A DNA stretch of 64,000 nt from Leucoraja ocellata (lineage: Eukaryota), in assembly GCA_036785375.1 (NCBI GenBank), contig JAWMAR010000460.1, positions 1,488,001 through 1,552,000 of the forward strand, read 5' to 3'. Position numbers and translations under genes: made by a program. Every line of letters starts with the position of its first letter. The first letter of the stretch is position 1. Below the pieces are notes generated by a model that saw nothing but the letters and a program-made list of their open reading frames with translations, was not told the DNA's origin and ran no database searches. Below, in pieces: positions 38,335 through 52,565 of the stretch.

Positions 38335-38941
38335 CAGGGCAGGAAATCGCAATCAAAACATGGGGGGGACACAATTTATTCGCACCAAGCACGGATGCGC
38401 ACACACGTGCGCACACACACACGCGCGCCCGAGGCTTTGGAGGCTTCAGGCATGGGCCCTGTGGACAGTAATATCGGTAGCTCACCTAGTTAGTGACCGA
38501 CTCTGAACTCCAGCAACAGTAGCTTTGTCCGCCCCGAATCATGGGGCTTCAATCAGCCCATTCGTGAGGCCTTTCATCGCCCGGCGGAGGCTTCAATATC
38601 GGGAGCCTCGATCACCTCGACACAGCAATTTGACTGCGGGGCAGTGGAAGATCCCGCGGCCGATTTTATACTTCGCCAGGCTGGGTGATTCAAGCTCCGC
38701 TATACAATCTTTGCTGCACCAGGACGTCTCCCTCCTCCAATCACCGCGCTCTATCCTCGATCACCAGTCCCACCCCCACTGTCTCGCGGAAAGCGGAGGT
38801 TTTTAATAGATTTTCTTTTCACCGAGTTTTAAAATCCGGATTACAAAACATGGGGTGGATTGTCCCCCACCTTTCAAAACATGGGGGGACATGTCCCACC
38901 TGTCCACCCCCCCCCCCCCCCTCCCCGGATTTCTGCCATTG
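38335..38941. mobile_element. hAT-like non-autonomous DNA transposon
   Basis: Imperfect TIRs CAGGGCAGGAAATC / GATTTCTGCCATTG; 8-bp TSD gtctttcg at 38327-38334 and gtctttgg at 38942-38949. Confidence 0.7.
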
Positions 38942-38949
38942 GTCTTTGG

Positions 38950-40105
38950 AATGTAAAATCATTCTCGTAAAGTTCCTCTGGACCCTTTCCACACCAGCAC
39001 ATTCTTCCTCAGATATGGGGCCTAAAACAATATTAACAAATGCAGTTCCAAATCCAAATTCTAATTCCAATTGCCTTATAAAGCATCAGCATGACCCCCG
39101 TTTTTATATTCTAGTCCACACAAAATAAATGCTAGCATTGTATTTGCCTTCCGTACTACCAATTCGACTTGCAAATTGACCTTTTGGGAATCCTGCACCA
39201 GCACAAGTCCCTTTGCACGTCTGATTTCTGAATCTGCCTTCTACCATGCGGCATTAGCATTAACTTAATGAATGCAAATATTTTCCATCTGATACCATGG
39301 GGTCTAATCTTCTTTTGCAGCCTCACAAGCGGCACCTTGTCCAAGACCTTTTGAAAATCGAGGTAACAACATACACTGACTCTCCTATGTGTATCCTGCT
39401 ACTTACTTCCTCAAAGAATTCCAACAGGTTTGTCAGACAAGATCTCCCCTTCACAAAACCATGCTGCTTCAGCCTTCTTGAACAACAGAGTAATATTTGC
39501 AATTTTCCTAAACCACTCCTGAATAGTGATTCTTGAAAGAACACTACTAATGTCTCCACAATCTCGAAAGCCACCTCTTTCAGAACACTGGGGTCCAGGT
39601 GACGTCCACCTTCAGACCTGTCCGCTTCCCAAGCACATTCGCCTTAATAATAGCCACTCCACTAACTTCTATCCACTGACTCTTTTGAATTTCAGATACA
39701 TTGCAGGTGTCTTCCACTGTGAAGACAGATGCAAAAAAAAACTTATTTAATTCATCTGCCATTGCTTTATTCCCCATTATCACTGCTCCAGCATCATTTT
39801 TGAGCGGTCCAATGTTCATTCTTGCCTCTTTCTTACTCTTTATATATCTGAAAAACTTTTGTTATCCTCTTTTATATTACTGGCTAGCTTACTTGCATAT
39901 TTCATCTTTTCTTTAGCGGTGAAATCATCTTTTAGTTTAATGCTGCCTTTGACTTCTCTTGTCAGTCACAGTCGCCTTATTCTCCCTGGAATATTTCTTC
40001 CTCTTTGGAATGAAAAGATCCTACGTTTTCCAAATTATTCCCAGAAATTCCTGTCATTGCTATTCCACTGCCATTCCTGCTAGGGGCTCTTTCCAATCAA
40101 TATTG
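38950..40105 (-). mobile_element. Fragmented CR1 ORF2
   Basis: QHGFVKGRSCLTNLLEFFEEV; FFASVFTVED; ERVQRNFTRMI. Confidence 0.88.
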
Positions 40106-40109
40106 ACAA

Positions 40110-40520
40110 TAGATAGTGGCAAAGAAGAGATGTGAAAAGGGGACAAAAAGATGTCAGATAAGGGAAGAAGAGGAGTGAGGGATATGGGTGGAGGTGGACA
40201 GCAGGGAGGAGAACAGGGATGAAAAATCACTCAACCCCACTGCATCTACCTATCGCGACCTAAGGCAGGAACGGGGTACTGATTGTGGATGATTAGCCAT
40301 GATCACATTGAATGGCGGTGCTGGCTCGAAGGGCTGAATGGCCTACTCCTGCACCTATTGTCTATTGTCTGTTGTCTATCGCTTGCCAGGCTTCACCCCG
40401 CCCCTTTCTCTTGTTTCCAGCTTTCTCTCCACTACTTCATTAATTTGAAAAAGCATCTTGACCGGAAACGTTATCTGTCTTTTCCCTCCATAGATGCTTC
40501 CTGACCTTCTGATTACCTTG
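40110..40520. mobile_element. Old PLE remnant interrupted by a CR1 3' tail (~40262-40378)
   Basis: ctatcgc on both sides of the CR1 tail; gaaacgttatc...ccatagatgc. Confidence 0.6.
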
Positions 40521-40664
40521 TTTTTTTCTTCATTTGTTGGATACTTTAATTAAATTTGAAACCAAGAATAATTGCATTGTGCAATAAGTAAACACAACAT
40601 CTTAATCTGTTATAATGGGATTTAAACCCACATTATTGAGATGATTAGCTGGTGCCTCAGGTAA

Positions 40665-41029
40665 CGGAGACTTTGCGCCCCACCCAAGGTTTCCATGCAG
40701 TTCCCGGAGGTTTTTGTCAGTCTCCCTAATGGTCAAAAGTGGTTTCCGCTTCTTCTATGTTCCGGTGATTATTTACAAAAAATTAAAAACACGCTGCGCC
40801 TAAAAATTAGTAGCCGTTTTAAAAATCGGTAATTTTTTAGTCGAAGCCGGTTGCGATGCTAGTTGAAGGTGGTTGCCGGAAGTTGCAGGTAGTGGAAGGT
40901 CTTACCTACGGCAACCACCTTCAACTAGCATCACAACTGACAAAAACCTCCGGGAACCGCACGGAAACCTTGGGTGGGCGCAAAGTATCCAAAGGTTTCC
41001 GTTCAGGTTTCCTAAGTGGGACAGGGGCA
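40665..41029. mobile_element. PIF/Harbinger-like MITE, right TIR intact
   Basis: ggtttcctaagtgggacaggggca followed by TAA; strong similarity to 7725-7970. Confidence 0.75.
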
Positions 41030-41044
41030 TAACACTACCACTGG

Positions 41045-41270
41045 GGCAAGATAATGGTGCCGAGTATGGAGCCACTGCCTCACAGCACCAGTAAACCTAT
41101 AAACCCGCACATCTTTGGGATGTGGGAGGAAACCGGATCACCCAGAGGAAATCCATGCAGTCATAGGGAGAATATGCAAACTCCACACACACAGGGCCTG
41201 AGGACACGATCAAACCCTGGTCTCCAGTGCTATGAAGCAGCATCTCTACCAACTGCGCCACTATCTACCT
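41045..41270 (-). mobile_element. HE1-like SINE fragment with a short inverted head
   Basis: tgtgggaggaaaccgga...gcagtcatagggaga. Confidence 0.7.
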
Positions 41271-41329
41271 CTGTCTAACCAATGCACTACAATACACTCA
41301 CTTTGAGACTGAAGGGAAAATGGAACTCC

Positions 41330-41488
41330 CAAACTCAGCGGGACAGGCAGCATCTCTGGAGAGAAGGAATGGGTGACGTTTCGTGTCGCGACCCTTCTTC
41401 AGTCTGATGCTTCCTGTCCCGCTGACTTACTCTAGCATTTTGGGTCCACCTTTGATTTAAACCAGCATCTGCAGTTCTTTCCTACATA
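41330..41488. mobile_element. Inverted pair of PLE terminal modules; hammerhead-like core on - strand
   Basis: Minus strand CTGAAGA-AGGGTCGCGACAC-GAAACGTC; right arm ends ccagcatctgcagttc. Confidence 0.75.
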
Positions 41489-41499
41489 AATCATCCTCT

Positions 41500-41810
41500 A
41501 CGATAGTTCTCAACACTGGCAAGGATGAGTTTTCAGCCCCCTACTTTACTCCTTAAACACTTACGACTTTGCAGTCCATATCAACCCATATCAATCTTCA
41601 TGTTCACAGGCGATACCACTGTAATGGGCTGGACATCAAATAATGGAGCCGAGTACAGAAAGGAGATTGAGAACTTTGTAACTTGGTGCCAAGACCCCAA
41701 CCTCTTCCTCTCTGTCAGCAATGCAAAGGAGATTGGGATTATCCTCAAGAAGCAAAGCTGTACAAACACCATGGTATACATTAATGATGCCAAAGTAGAG
41801 ATCTATCTCC
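41500..41810 (+). mobile_element. Decayed Rex1-type RT fragment
   Basis: FTGDTTVMG...EYRKEIENFVTWCQ. Confidence 0.65.
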
Positions 41811-42689
41811 AGTTGCCTTATTGCCCTCCTGATTTCCTTTTTTTAGTGTGTTGCTCATTTCCCAAAACTCCTCCAGAGTACACTTGATCCTAGCTGCCTA
41901 TACCTACCCTATACCTCCTCCTTATTCATGACCAGAGCCTCAATTTCCCTCACCTGCTTCCTTACCTGAAATTAAAATGTAGGTAAATACTTAAATATGA
42001 TCGCCACTCTCATCGGAAATAGCTTTATGAATCACATATCAAATTACTTTCAAATCTGTGCTGTGAATAGTACAAAAAGAAAAATACCAATGTTTTACTA
42101 ATCGCCTGGAAGATTGTTGCAATTAATGGCCCAGAACCTGAAGTGTCATTTATTACTGGGTTTTGTTGATTCCAAATAAATCTGGGACAACCTCTGTACT
42201 CAAAATCTAAAATCTTAAACCTGCAAGCTACTCACGGATTCATAATTTCTGCCATTCTGAAAATTAATTGTAACTGTTGATATAATGAATGAAAAATCAG
42301 AAAACAAGGAAGGTCACCTGCTAAAAACCATGCACTTTTGCCTATAATAGATGCTTGACAAAGACTGGTCATTTTTTTATTATGTGGGAATTGTGTGGCA
42401 AAGTCAGCGTGTATTACCCATCTTTTAAGTGCCTTTGATAAAGAGGTGGTGAGTACCAAAGTCATGTAGTTTGAATACAGTGATCATTTTGCTGAAAGTC
42501 CACACAATGTTGGGGAGTTTCAGGACATAGACCTAGAGATAGTGATTAGTCAGGAGAATGTGAGATTAGGAGGGGGAACCAGCCATGGTAATAATCACAT
42601 ATGGCTGAAGTTCTTCCCTTCCTTGTTATAGATGCTAAGGGTTTAGGAAGTGCCAGTTTAGTTTGAGCAGCCTAGATGAGTGACTGGAG

Positions 42690-43385
42690 GAGGCTGTGAG
42701 GTGACCATATTGAAGAGTACAAGATCCTGAAGGGCATGAATAAAGGGAATGCTTACAGTCTTTTTCCCAGGGTATATAATTCTAAAACTAGAGTGCATAG
42801 ACTTAAGATAAGAGAAGAGAGGTTGAATTGGGGACACGGGGGCAACCTATGCACTCAAAGGGTAATCCACATTGGGAATGAGCTGCCAGGGGAGCTATAG
42901 AGGCAGATACAATTATGACATAGTTTAGAAATACGGAAACAGGCCATTCGGCCCACAGTCCATGCCGACTTATGATCACCCATATATCAGTTCTATCCTA
43001 CACATACAAGGGACAATTTAAAGGAGCCAATTAAACTACAAACCTGTACGTCTTTGAAATGTGGGAAGGAACTGGAGCACCCGGAGAGAACACACAAGTT
43101 CAAAGGGAGAATGTATAAATTTCATACAGACAGCACCCGTAGTCAGGATCGAACCCGAGTCTCTGGCAATGTAAAGCAGCGACTCTACTGCTGGGCCACT
43201 GTGTCACCGAATTTTAAAATACATTTGGAGAGAAACATGGTTAGGAAGAGTTTAGAGGGTTATAGGCCAAATTCAGACAAACAGGACTAGCGCAATATGC
43301 TAACATAATCAGCATGGACAAGGGGGGGGGGGGGGGGGGGATCTGTTTCAGTGCTGCATAGCCCCATGACTATGATTCTATGACA
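42690..43385. mobile_element. Old CR1 3' end (+) with nested HE1-like SINE (-, ~42920-43210)
   Basis: SINE body gaaatgtgggaaggaactggagcacccggag; CR1 tail ctatgattctatga. Confidence 0.75.
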
Positions 43386-44809
43386 GCAGTGCACTTCGTA
43401 ATGAGTTTCATACTGCAAAATGGTGCTCTGTTGGTGGAGGGTATAAATATTTTAGGAGGTTGATAAGGTGCCAATCGTAAGCTGCTTTGTTCTTGGTGTC
43501 CCTACTTTGATAAAAATAGTCTTCAAAACTAGTTTTTTAACCTACTCCCTGCATTTTAACAATTCACACTTTAATCTGAAAAATACATGCAGTAGAAACA
43601 ATAAATATAATGCAAAAAAGATTGATGGTATTTTGTCTGAAAATATGCGGTTTACTCCTAATTTCATGGTCTGCCAGTTTTATTTTCAGCACAAATACAG
43701 GGATGAAGCTAAGTAAGTAGATAACCCTGAATGTGCCACCTCCATCAAGTTTTGTATTTGCCTTCGGGCTCCATGTGGATGAAAGGAAATAGGTCTCAGT
43801 GGTGGTGAGATTTCAGTTAAATCTCAGAGCAGTTTTGATTGTTGCTCTCGAGTATGTGATATTGTCTTGTAGAAGATAGATGATAAAGTAAAAGCAGGAA
43901 AAATAACCAACAAGATCTGTCAGCCAAAAAGATGGGCATGCAGAGCGAGTGTGGTTTGCCACAGCATGTTAAAAATGTGCATCACTGTAAACTGACTGAT
44001 GTCTTTATGCAAAAGTTAGAAAAAATGATCCACCACTGTGCTAATTTAGTAGTCTTCAATTAGTTCATTAATAAAGTTCCCTGGAATTTTATTTGTGTTA
44101 ATCAACAGAGAACTGAAAGTTAACAGAAAGAAACAACACCTTTTGAATTGTGTAAGGAACGAGTTGAATACTATTAGATTTCTTAAAACCCCGACAAATC
44201 AATGTATTAATTGCTCCTCTTTTCCACCATGCAAACAATTTAGCTACGAATGTATGAAGAATCGTATTCTGACATCAATCTTGAATTATCTCTATTCATT
44301 GATAGCTGAACCTTTTGCTCTTCAGTTACAGTTCAATTGATATTTTAATATTGTTCTTAAGTAGAATGCAAAGTGCTGGAGGAACTCAACGGGTCAGGCG
44401 GCATCTGTGGAGGGATGTCTTCTCCACTGTATGGTGAGGCCCATTGCAAATTAGAAGAAACACACATCTTATTCTGCCTGTTTGGTTCATAACCTAAGCT
44501 GCCAATAAAATGAGGATCTTCCAGTTTACAGTATCTACCTGGAAGGGCTGTTTAGGTTGTGAGGGAGATGGAATAGGGACAGGTATTACACTTCCTAAGT
44601 GTATGGAGAGAGGTAGGTGGGGAGAAATGAATGGACCAGGCAGTTGCAAAGAGAATTGTCAATACTGAAATCTCTAACATTAATTACATTGGTGCCAAAC
44701 ACCATGAGAAAAAATCTAGTTCATGGTACTTCAAGCGGTGTTTCGTTGTTGTGTTGGATTTAGGGTTGTGCTAGTTGGTTCAAGAACCAGGTAGTTTAGG
44801 AAAGTAACT

Positions 44810-45243
44810 GTTTAGTTTAGAGATAAAACGTGAAAACAGACCCTTCGGCCCACCAAGTCTTCACCGACCAATGATCCCCGTACACCTGTCCTACACGCTA
44901 GTGACAATTTTTACCAATGCCAATTAAGCTACAAACAGTCTGAAGAAGGGTTTCAACCTGAAACGTTGCCTATTTCCTTCGCTCCATAGATGCTGCTGCA
45001 CCCGCTGAGTTTCTCCAGCTTATTTGTGTACCTTCGATTCTCCAGCATCTGCAGTTCCTTCTTAAAAGCTACAAACATGTATGTCTTTGGAATGTAGGAG
45101 GAAACCAGAGCACCCAGGGAAAACCCATGTGGCCATGGGGAGAACGTACAAACTGCATAAAGATGGTACCCTTGGTCAGGATCGAACCCAGGTCTCTGGC
45201 GCTGTGAGACAGCAACTCTTCCACTGCACCACCATGCCACCGT
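44810..45243 (-). mobile_element. HE1-like SINE interrupted by a PLE-derived insert
   Basis: tttagtttag tail; ggatcgaaccc (B-box reverse complement). Confidence 0.85.
44938..45065 (+). mobile_element. 128-bp PLE-derived element with 12-bp TSD, starting at the hammerhead-like core
   Basis: aagctacaaaca at 44926-44937 and 45066-45077; begins gtCTGAAGAAGGG...GAAACGTT. Confidence 0.9.
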
Positions 45244-45424
45244 GTTCCTGAACCTGGTGTTGTAGGGCTTCAGGCATTAGTATCCCTTGCTTGATGGTAG
45301 CTGTGAGAAGCAGGCATGGTCCAGATGGTTGGAATCCTTGATGATAGACATTGCATTCTTGAAACAACATTTCATAGAGTTGCATTCCAAGAAAGGGAGG
45401 GCTGTGCCCATGATGGAACAGGAT

Positions 45425-45930
45425 GAGTCATAGAGTCACAGAGTAATTCAACACAGAACCATGCCCTTCAGCACAACTCGTCTATGCCAACCAAGATGCT
45501 CCATCTAAGCTTGTTCTACTTACCTGCATTTAGTCCTTATCCCTCTAAAGCTTTCTTATCCATGTACCTGGCTAAAAGCTATACACTCTTTGCCACTCCA
45601 GGTGCTATCTGACCCATTGAATTTTAGCTTTAGTTTTAATTGCAGCATGATACAGGCCCTTTGGTCCACTGAGTCCACGTCACCCACCAATCACCCGTTC
45701 ACACTCATTCGGTATTTGACCCCTTTTCACATCCTACACACTTGGAGCAATTCACAAAGGCCAATTTACCTACATACCCACACGTCTATGGAATGTGGGT
45801 GGAAACCGGAGCAGCTGGAGGAAACCCATGCAGTCACAGGGAGAACTTGCAAATTCCACATAGACAGCAACCAAGGACAGGATCAAACCCAGATCTCTGG
45901 CACTGTGAGCAGTTCTACCACTGTGCTGCC
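45425..45930 (-). mobile_element. CR1-type tail (~45425-45580) and HE1-like SINE (~45625-45930)
   Basis: gagtcatagagtc tail; ggaaaccggagcagctggaggaaacccatgcagtcacaggg. Confidence 0.7.
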
Positions 45931-48730
45931 AGATCTTCCAATATTCTGTTTTTTTGGTACCGTATTCCAGCATTTCTTCACTATTGAGTACCATTCCCAA
46001 ATGCTGCTTTTTTTAAATGAAAATTAACAAAGGGCATTAAATCTTGACTTAGCCAGAAACATCAATATTCTGAGAATGATGAAATGAAAAGATAGCGAAG
46101 CTACAGGGGAAATAAATGCTATTCCCTCTACACTTGACCCTTAACTATTCCCTGAACAAGATTCCCTGAACAAGAGCAGGGCTGCCACCTGTAATACTAT
46201 GAATACCCTCATCAGTTTGTCAAAGCAATCTTTCCAATGCCATGCTCACTATCTGCTCTTCTCTTGCTTGGTCACTGCTGGGAGTTCTTGACTATCAGGA
46301 AGAATGCTGAAGTGGATTTATTCCAGCACAAATAAAAGTTATGTCCAAAGTTTGTGAATGAGAGGATATTGGGAGATAAGAGAGAGTGAATGTAATAAGG
46401 TGGACCTGATGTAACCATTTTACTGCCTTAAATGGTCTATTTGCTACCACAGGCCATGCCCTCTGTCATTGGTGCAATTGAAACAATATGCAAGTGAATC
46501 AATGGATGTGGGATTGTCTTCCACCATTCTACTATTGGATTCAATGTTTATGTACCATTTCCTCCTGTAAATGAAATAAACAGGAATGTGTTCATGTCTG
46601 GCAACTCACTGAAGGGATGTGCCTGCCAAGATTGAATGGCAAATAATGTGTGGACTGTAATATGCGGTGGTGAGGCTTACAACGGTAGGCAAGATATGGC
46701 AATGTTACATTTGTAGACTAATTGATAAAGGGTCTTGACTAGTGAATGATGGAAGTACGGAGTATATGTGAGATGTGTGAGATCAGTGCTGCGGGTTTCA
46801 CCACCTTCTCTGACCTCAATGTAGAAAGTTGGAGTGTCAATGTGTTTTGAACTTCACTCGAGGCACTGTTTTGCGATACAACCTGCTCCCACTTACATTC
46901 TGCAAAGTCCCATAGCTCTTGGGCCCATGCACAGAGGACTTTATTTCCTTTTCCCCAATTCAATGGACAAAGAATCCATAATCATAGTGGAAATCTGGGG
47001 TATGCACTGTTATCCATGCTGTCACCCATGTGGCTTCCACGAGCTGTTGTAAAAAAAAAAATGCACTTCCACTTTATCTGGTGCATGCTTCTCTCAGCGT
47101 TACTTAGTTTCAGCTAGTGCCACCATTTGTTAAATTGTGCTCTGTATTAAGGCAACAAATGATACAGCAAATGATGCAGTTAGTTCTGGCTGAATGCTGC
47201 TGTCATGATGACGAGGCAAAATAATTATTTTGTAAGCATCTTACATTTGGCCAAATAGGGGCTGATTGTGCATCACATTCCAAGTGTCGGTTTTCTAGCA
47301 TTAACTAATTTCTCTCCTGAAATATTGTTAGTGTCGCCTCACCATCCATTTTTATGATCTTGAGCAAACAGTGTAAGGCCAATGTAATTTTAAATGAATT
47401 TTAACTCAATTCTATTCAGGTCCAGTCCAGTCCAGTCAAGTTGTGTTTATTATCATATGCACAAGAATGGTGAAGTACTGGTGCTATGAAAACCTTGCTT
47501 AGAGCAGCATCATAAGCACATGGACTCAGGCAATATTAAAAACATAAATTATACATAAATCACATATAAATTACACATAAATTGTATAAGACAATATAAA
47601 GAAAAGAGTATGCACAAAATTTTCCATTTAATTTCTTGTATTTCTTGCATCAATGTAATGATCCATAATAAGCTACATGCACAATTTAATATTTAAGATA
47701 TCAGTACAAGAACAGTGTATGCTTCAAAACATGTCAAAGACAAAATTATAAACAGACCAAAATGCACAAAATAAAATGCTCAAATTTTTAATTCAGGTTG
47801 TATTAAACTATCGATGCTCGATTCCTCGATCAATATAAATATTACAGTACATGCACTAACATTATAACAGAGAACATAACTACGTAATTATGATATGATC
47901 CATTTTTGCATATTAACCAATTTACCAACTATCAGCTGCTGGGTCATTCCTGGATGATACCAATAAATGTGATTAAATACTAGTGTCAATACATTATATT
48001 ATGTCTCGGAAATACATTCCATTGACTTCATTTAGCTCTAGTAATTGTGAGTCAATTGTGCATCACAAGGAAGAGAATTTTCACTTGAAAATGTATAGTA
48101 TTGATGCTCAAGGAAGCAAATACATTGAGGATTAATCTCTTTCTTTTGCTTTCCTTTTTCATTTACAGCCACCCAGCATGTTGACAGAACCCCAATGTCC
48201 ACAATCTCAAAGGGATGGCAGCAATTATTTGGGATCGCCGTTACTTACTAGTCTAAACCAAGCTGACTTGGAAATAAACCTTCTGCCATTATTTGTTAAT
48301 TGGTGGGCCACAATATTAGAACTTCCCATCAAAAAGATTCACACTAGAGGATTACAAGATCTATATGGATTGCACCAGTTAAATAGAGGCTTGCCATTAT
48401 CTTTTCAAGGACAATTAGGAAAGAGCAATAAATGTTGGTCTTCCACATGAAACACCTATCCGTGGACTAAATAAAATGCAATATTATTCTAATATGAACT
48501 CAATTGTGTCATATCTTGAAGCTAGAATTTAAACATCCATCTCCTTTTTCAGGCTTAAAACAGCATTCACTGCCTTGGGGAATAAAATGCATTTCAATTT
48601 TATCCCCTAGACCTGACTGGTTCCAATGGATACTCTGCAGTATGTTCTCCAATTTTTTTGTAGTTTTCCTCCCCAGATGCTGGTATTTCAGTCTTGCAGA
48701 GAATTTCGTAAATAAACCATATATAGTGAA

Positions 48731-51700
48731 AACAATAGACAATAGACAATTGACAATAGGTGCAGGAGTAGGCCATTCGGCCCTTCGAGCCAGCACTGCC
48801 ATTCAATGTGATCAGGGCCGATCATCCCCAATCAGTAACCCGTTCCTGCCTCCTCCCCATACCCCCTGACTGCTATATTTAAGAGCCCTATCTAGCTCTC
48901 TCTTGAAAGTATCAAGAGAACTGGCCTCCACCACCCTCAGACGCAGAGAATTCCACAGACTCACACTATGTGAGAAAAAGTTTCCTTATCTCCATTCTAT
49001 ATGGCTTACTCCTTATTCTTAAACCGTGGCCCCCTGGTTCTGGACTCCCCCAACATCGGGAACATGTTTCCTGCCTCCAGCGTGTCCAAACTCTTAACAA
49101 TCTTATATGTTTCAATAAGATATCCTCTCATCCTTCTAAACTCCAGAGTGTACAAGCCCAGCCGTTCCATTCTCTCAGCATATGACAGTCCCGCCACCCC
49201 GGAAATTAACCTTGTAAACCTACGCTGCTAATCCCTCAATAGCAAGAATGTCCTTCCTCAAATTAGGGGACCAAAACTGCACGCAATACTCCAGGACCCT
49301 GTACAACAGAAGAATTACCTCTTTGCTCCTATACTACTATTATAAAGGCCAACATGCCATTCACTTTCTTCACTGCCTGCTGTACCTGCATGCTTAGACT
49401 GATGAACAAGGACCCCCAGATCCCGTTGTACTTCCCCTTTTCTCAACTTGACGCCATTTAGATAGTAATCTGCCTTCCTGTTTTTGATACCAAAGTGGAT
49501 AACCTCACATTTATCCACATTAAACTTAATCTGCCTTGCATCTGCCCACTCCCCCAACCTGTCCAAGTCACCCTGCATTCTCATAGCATCCTCCTCACAG
49601 TTCACACTGCCACCCAGCTTTGTGTCATCTGCAAATTTGCTAATGTTACTTTGAATCCCTTCATCCAAACCATTGATGTCTATTGTAATTAGATGTGGTC
49701 CCAGCACCGAGCCTTACGGTACTCCACTAGTCACTGCCTGTCATTCTGAAAGGGACCCGTTAATCCCTACTCTTTGTTTCCTGTCTGCCAACCACTTCTC
49801 TATCCATGTCAGAACTCTACCCCCAATACCATGTACCCTAATTTTGCCCACTAATCTCCTATGTGGGACCTTATCAAATGCTTTCTGAAAATCCAGGTAC
49901 ACTACACCCACTGGCTCTCCCTTTTCCTAGTTACATCTTCAAAAAATTCCAGAAGATTAAATGAGCATGATTTCCCCTTCGTAAATCCATGCTAGAGCCA
50001 CTTCCTTAAGTACCCTGGTAGGCAGACCATCAGGCCCTGGGGATTTAGCAGCCTTCAGTCCCATCAGTCTACCCAACACCATTTCCTGCCTAATGTGGAT
50101 TTCCCTCAGTTCCTCCGTCACCCCAGATCCTCTGGCCACCAGTACATCAGTAAGATTGTCTGTGTCCACCTTAGTGAAGATGGATCCAAAGTGCCTGTTC
50201 AACTCATCTGCCATTTCCTTGTTCCCCATAATAAATTCACTTTTTTCAGCCTTCAAGGGTCCAGCTTTGGTCTTTACTAATTTTTTCCTCTTCACATACC
50301 TAAAGAAGCTTTTACTATCCTCCTTTATATTCTTGGCTAGCTTATTCGTATCTCATCTTTTCTCCCCATATTGTCTTTTTAGCTATCTTCTGTTGCTCTT
50401 TAAACATTACCCAATTCGCTTGCTTCCCACTCATCTTTGCTACATTGTATTTCTTCTCTTTTATTTTTATACTGTTCCTGACGTTCCTTGTCAGCCATGG
50501 TCGCCTCTTACTCCCCTTGGAATATGTCTTCCTCCTAGGGATGAACTGATCCTGCACCTTCTGTATTATTCCTAAAAATTCCTGCCATTGTTGTTCCACT
50601 GTCATCTCTGCTAGTGTATCTTTCCAGTCAACTTTGGCCAGTTCTTCCCTCATGGCCCCATAGTCCCCTTTATTCAACTGTAACACTGACACCTCCGATC
50701 TACCCTTCTCCCACTCCAATTGTTGATTAAACCTGACCATATTATGGTCACCACCTCCTAATGGCTCATTAACCTCAAATTCCTTTATCAAATCCGGTTC
50801 ATTACATAACACTAAATCCAGAATTGCCTTCTCCCTGGTAGGCTCCAATACAAGCTGCTCTAAGAATCCATCACAAAGGCACTATACAAAGTCCCTTTCT
50901 TGGGGTCCAGTACCAACCTGATTTTCCCAGTCTACCTGCATGTTGAAATCTCCCATAACAACCATAGCATTACCTTCGCTACATGCCGATTTTACCTCCT
51001 GATTCAATTTGCGCCCTATGTCCAGGCCACTGTTTGGGGGCCTGTAGATAAGTCCCATTAGGGTCTATTTACCCTTACAATTCCTCAGCTCTATCCATAC
51101 TGACTCCACATCTCCAGTTTCAGTCACCCCTTGCAAGGGACTGAATTTCATTCCTCCCCAACAGAGCTACCCCACCCCCTCTGCCCACCTGTCTGTCTTT
51201 TCGATAGGAGGTATACCCTTGGATATTCGGTTCCCAGCCCTGGCCCTCTTGTAGTCATGTCTCTGTAATTCCCACAACATCATACTTGTCAATTTCTAAC
51301 TGAGCCTCAAGCTCGTCCACTTTATTCCTTATAATTTGCGCATTCATATACAGTACTTTGACCTCCGTATTCACTTCCCCCCTTGCACCACTCGCAATTG
51401 GCCTGACCTTACTCTTTTATCCCTTCTCGAACTTTCCTTCCCATTAATTTGAGAATCTTTTGTAATTTTTACTGTACTCCTGTACTCACTTCCTCTTCAA
51501 CTCCATCTTTATACTCCCAATTTGTCAATCCCTCGCCCCCCCCCCCCCTACTATTTTGTTTAAACCCACACGTGTAGCCCTAGCAAACCTGCCTGCCACA
51601 ATGTCAGTCCCCCTCCAGTTAAGGTGTAACCCGTCCCCTTTGTACAGGTCACCCCTACCCAGAAGAGATCCCAGTGGTCTATAAATCTAAATCCTTGCTC

Positions 51701-52565
51701 CCTGCATCAGCCCCTCAGCCACACATCCAGATCCCCTATCGCCCTGTTCCTGTCCTCACTAGCACGAGGTACTGGAAGCAATCCAGAGATAACCACTCTA
51801 GAAAACCTGCTTTTCAGTCTTCTTCCTAACTCTCTGAACTCCTTCCTCTTCTTCCTGATGTCATTTGTGCCTACGTGCACAACTACTGCCGGCTGTTCAC
51901 CTTCTCTCTCGAGGATGTTCTGAATTCGCTCGTGACATCCTGAACCCTGGCACCAGGGAGGCAACAGACCATCCTTGTGTCTCGTCTGCTGCCACAGAAT
52001 CTCCTGTCTGCTCCTAGGACAATGGAGTCACCCACCACTATGGCTCTGCCCGACACCGGTCGAGTCCCATCTCTAGGATTGGAGACACCGACATGTCCGC
52101 CGCTCAGACTGGAAGCATCGTCTCCCCCAACAGTTCCCAAGAGGGCTTACCTGTTTTCATTAGGCACAGCCTCCTGGGTCTCCTGCACTCCACAGTTGCC
52201 ACTCTTTCTCTCAGTCACACACCTTCATTCTTCCCGTAACCTCACTGTAGGTCCTGCCCAGGAAACTCATTTTCCCAGATGGCCTGAGGTGATCCAGCTG
52301 CTTCTCCAGTGCCTCAACACAGTCCTTCAGGAGCTGAAGCTGGACGCACTTGCCACAGTTGTAACAGCCAGAGGCTCCATCTGTGTCCCTGGGCACCCAC
52401 ATTCTGCAAGCATCACACTGTCTCATCTGTCCTGTCATGTGTTCACCACGTCCCGTCCTCTCCAGCTTTTTGCGTAGCTTCCTCTCTGAAGATTCTTGAA
52501 CCAAAGACTCACAAGGCCGCTCCCCTAGAAATTTACCAATTTACAAACCAAATTCGTCAGTTTTA
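48731..52565 (-). mobile_element. Near full-length decayed CR1 LINE: ORF1 (zinc finger plus SGNH esterase) and ORF2 (APE-RT)
   Basis: CDAC...CGKC (52211-52504); VVGDSIV, CLPGAR, VHVGTND (51707-52140); LDLVL...DH endonuclease (50342-50848); KFADDTKL (49315-49707); (attgtct)n tail. Confidence 0.93.
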
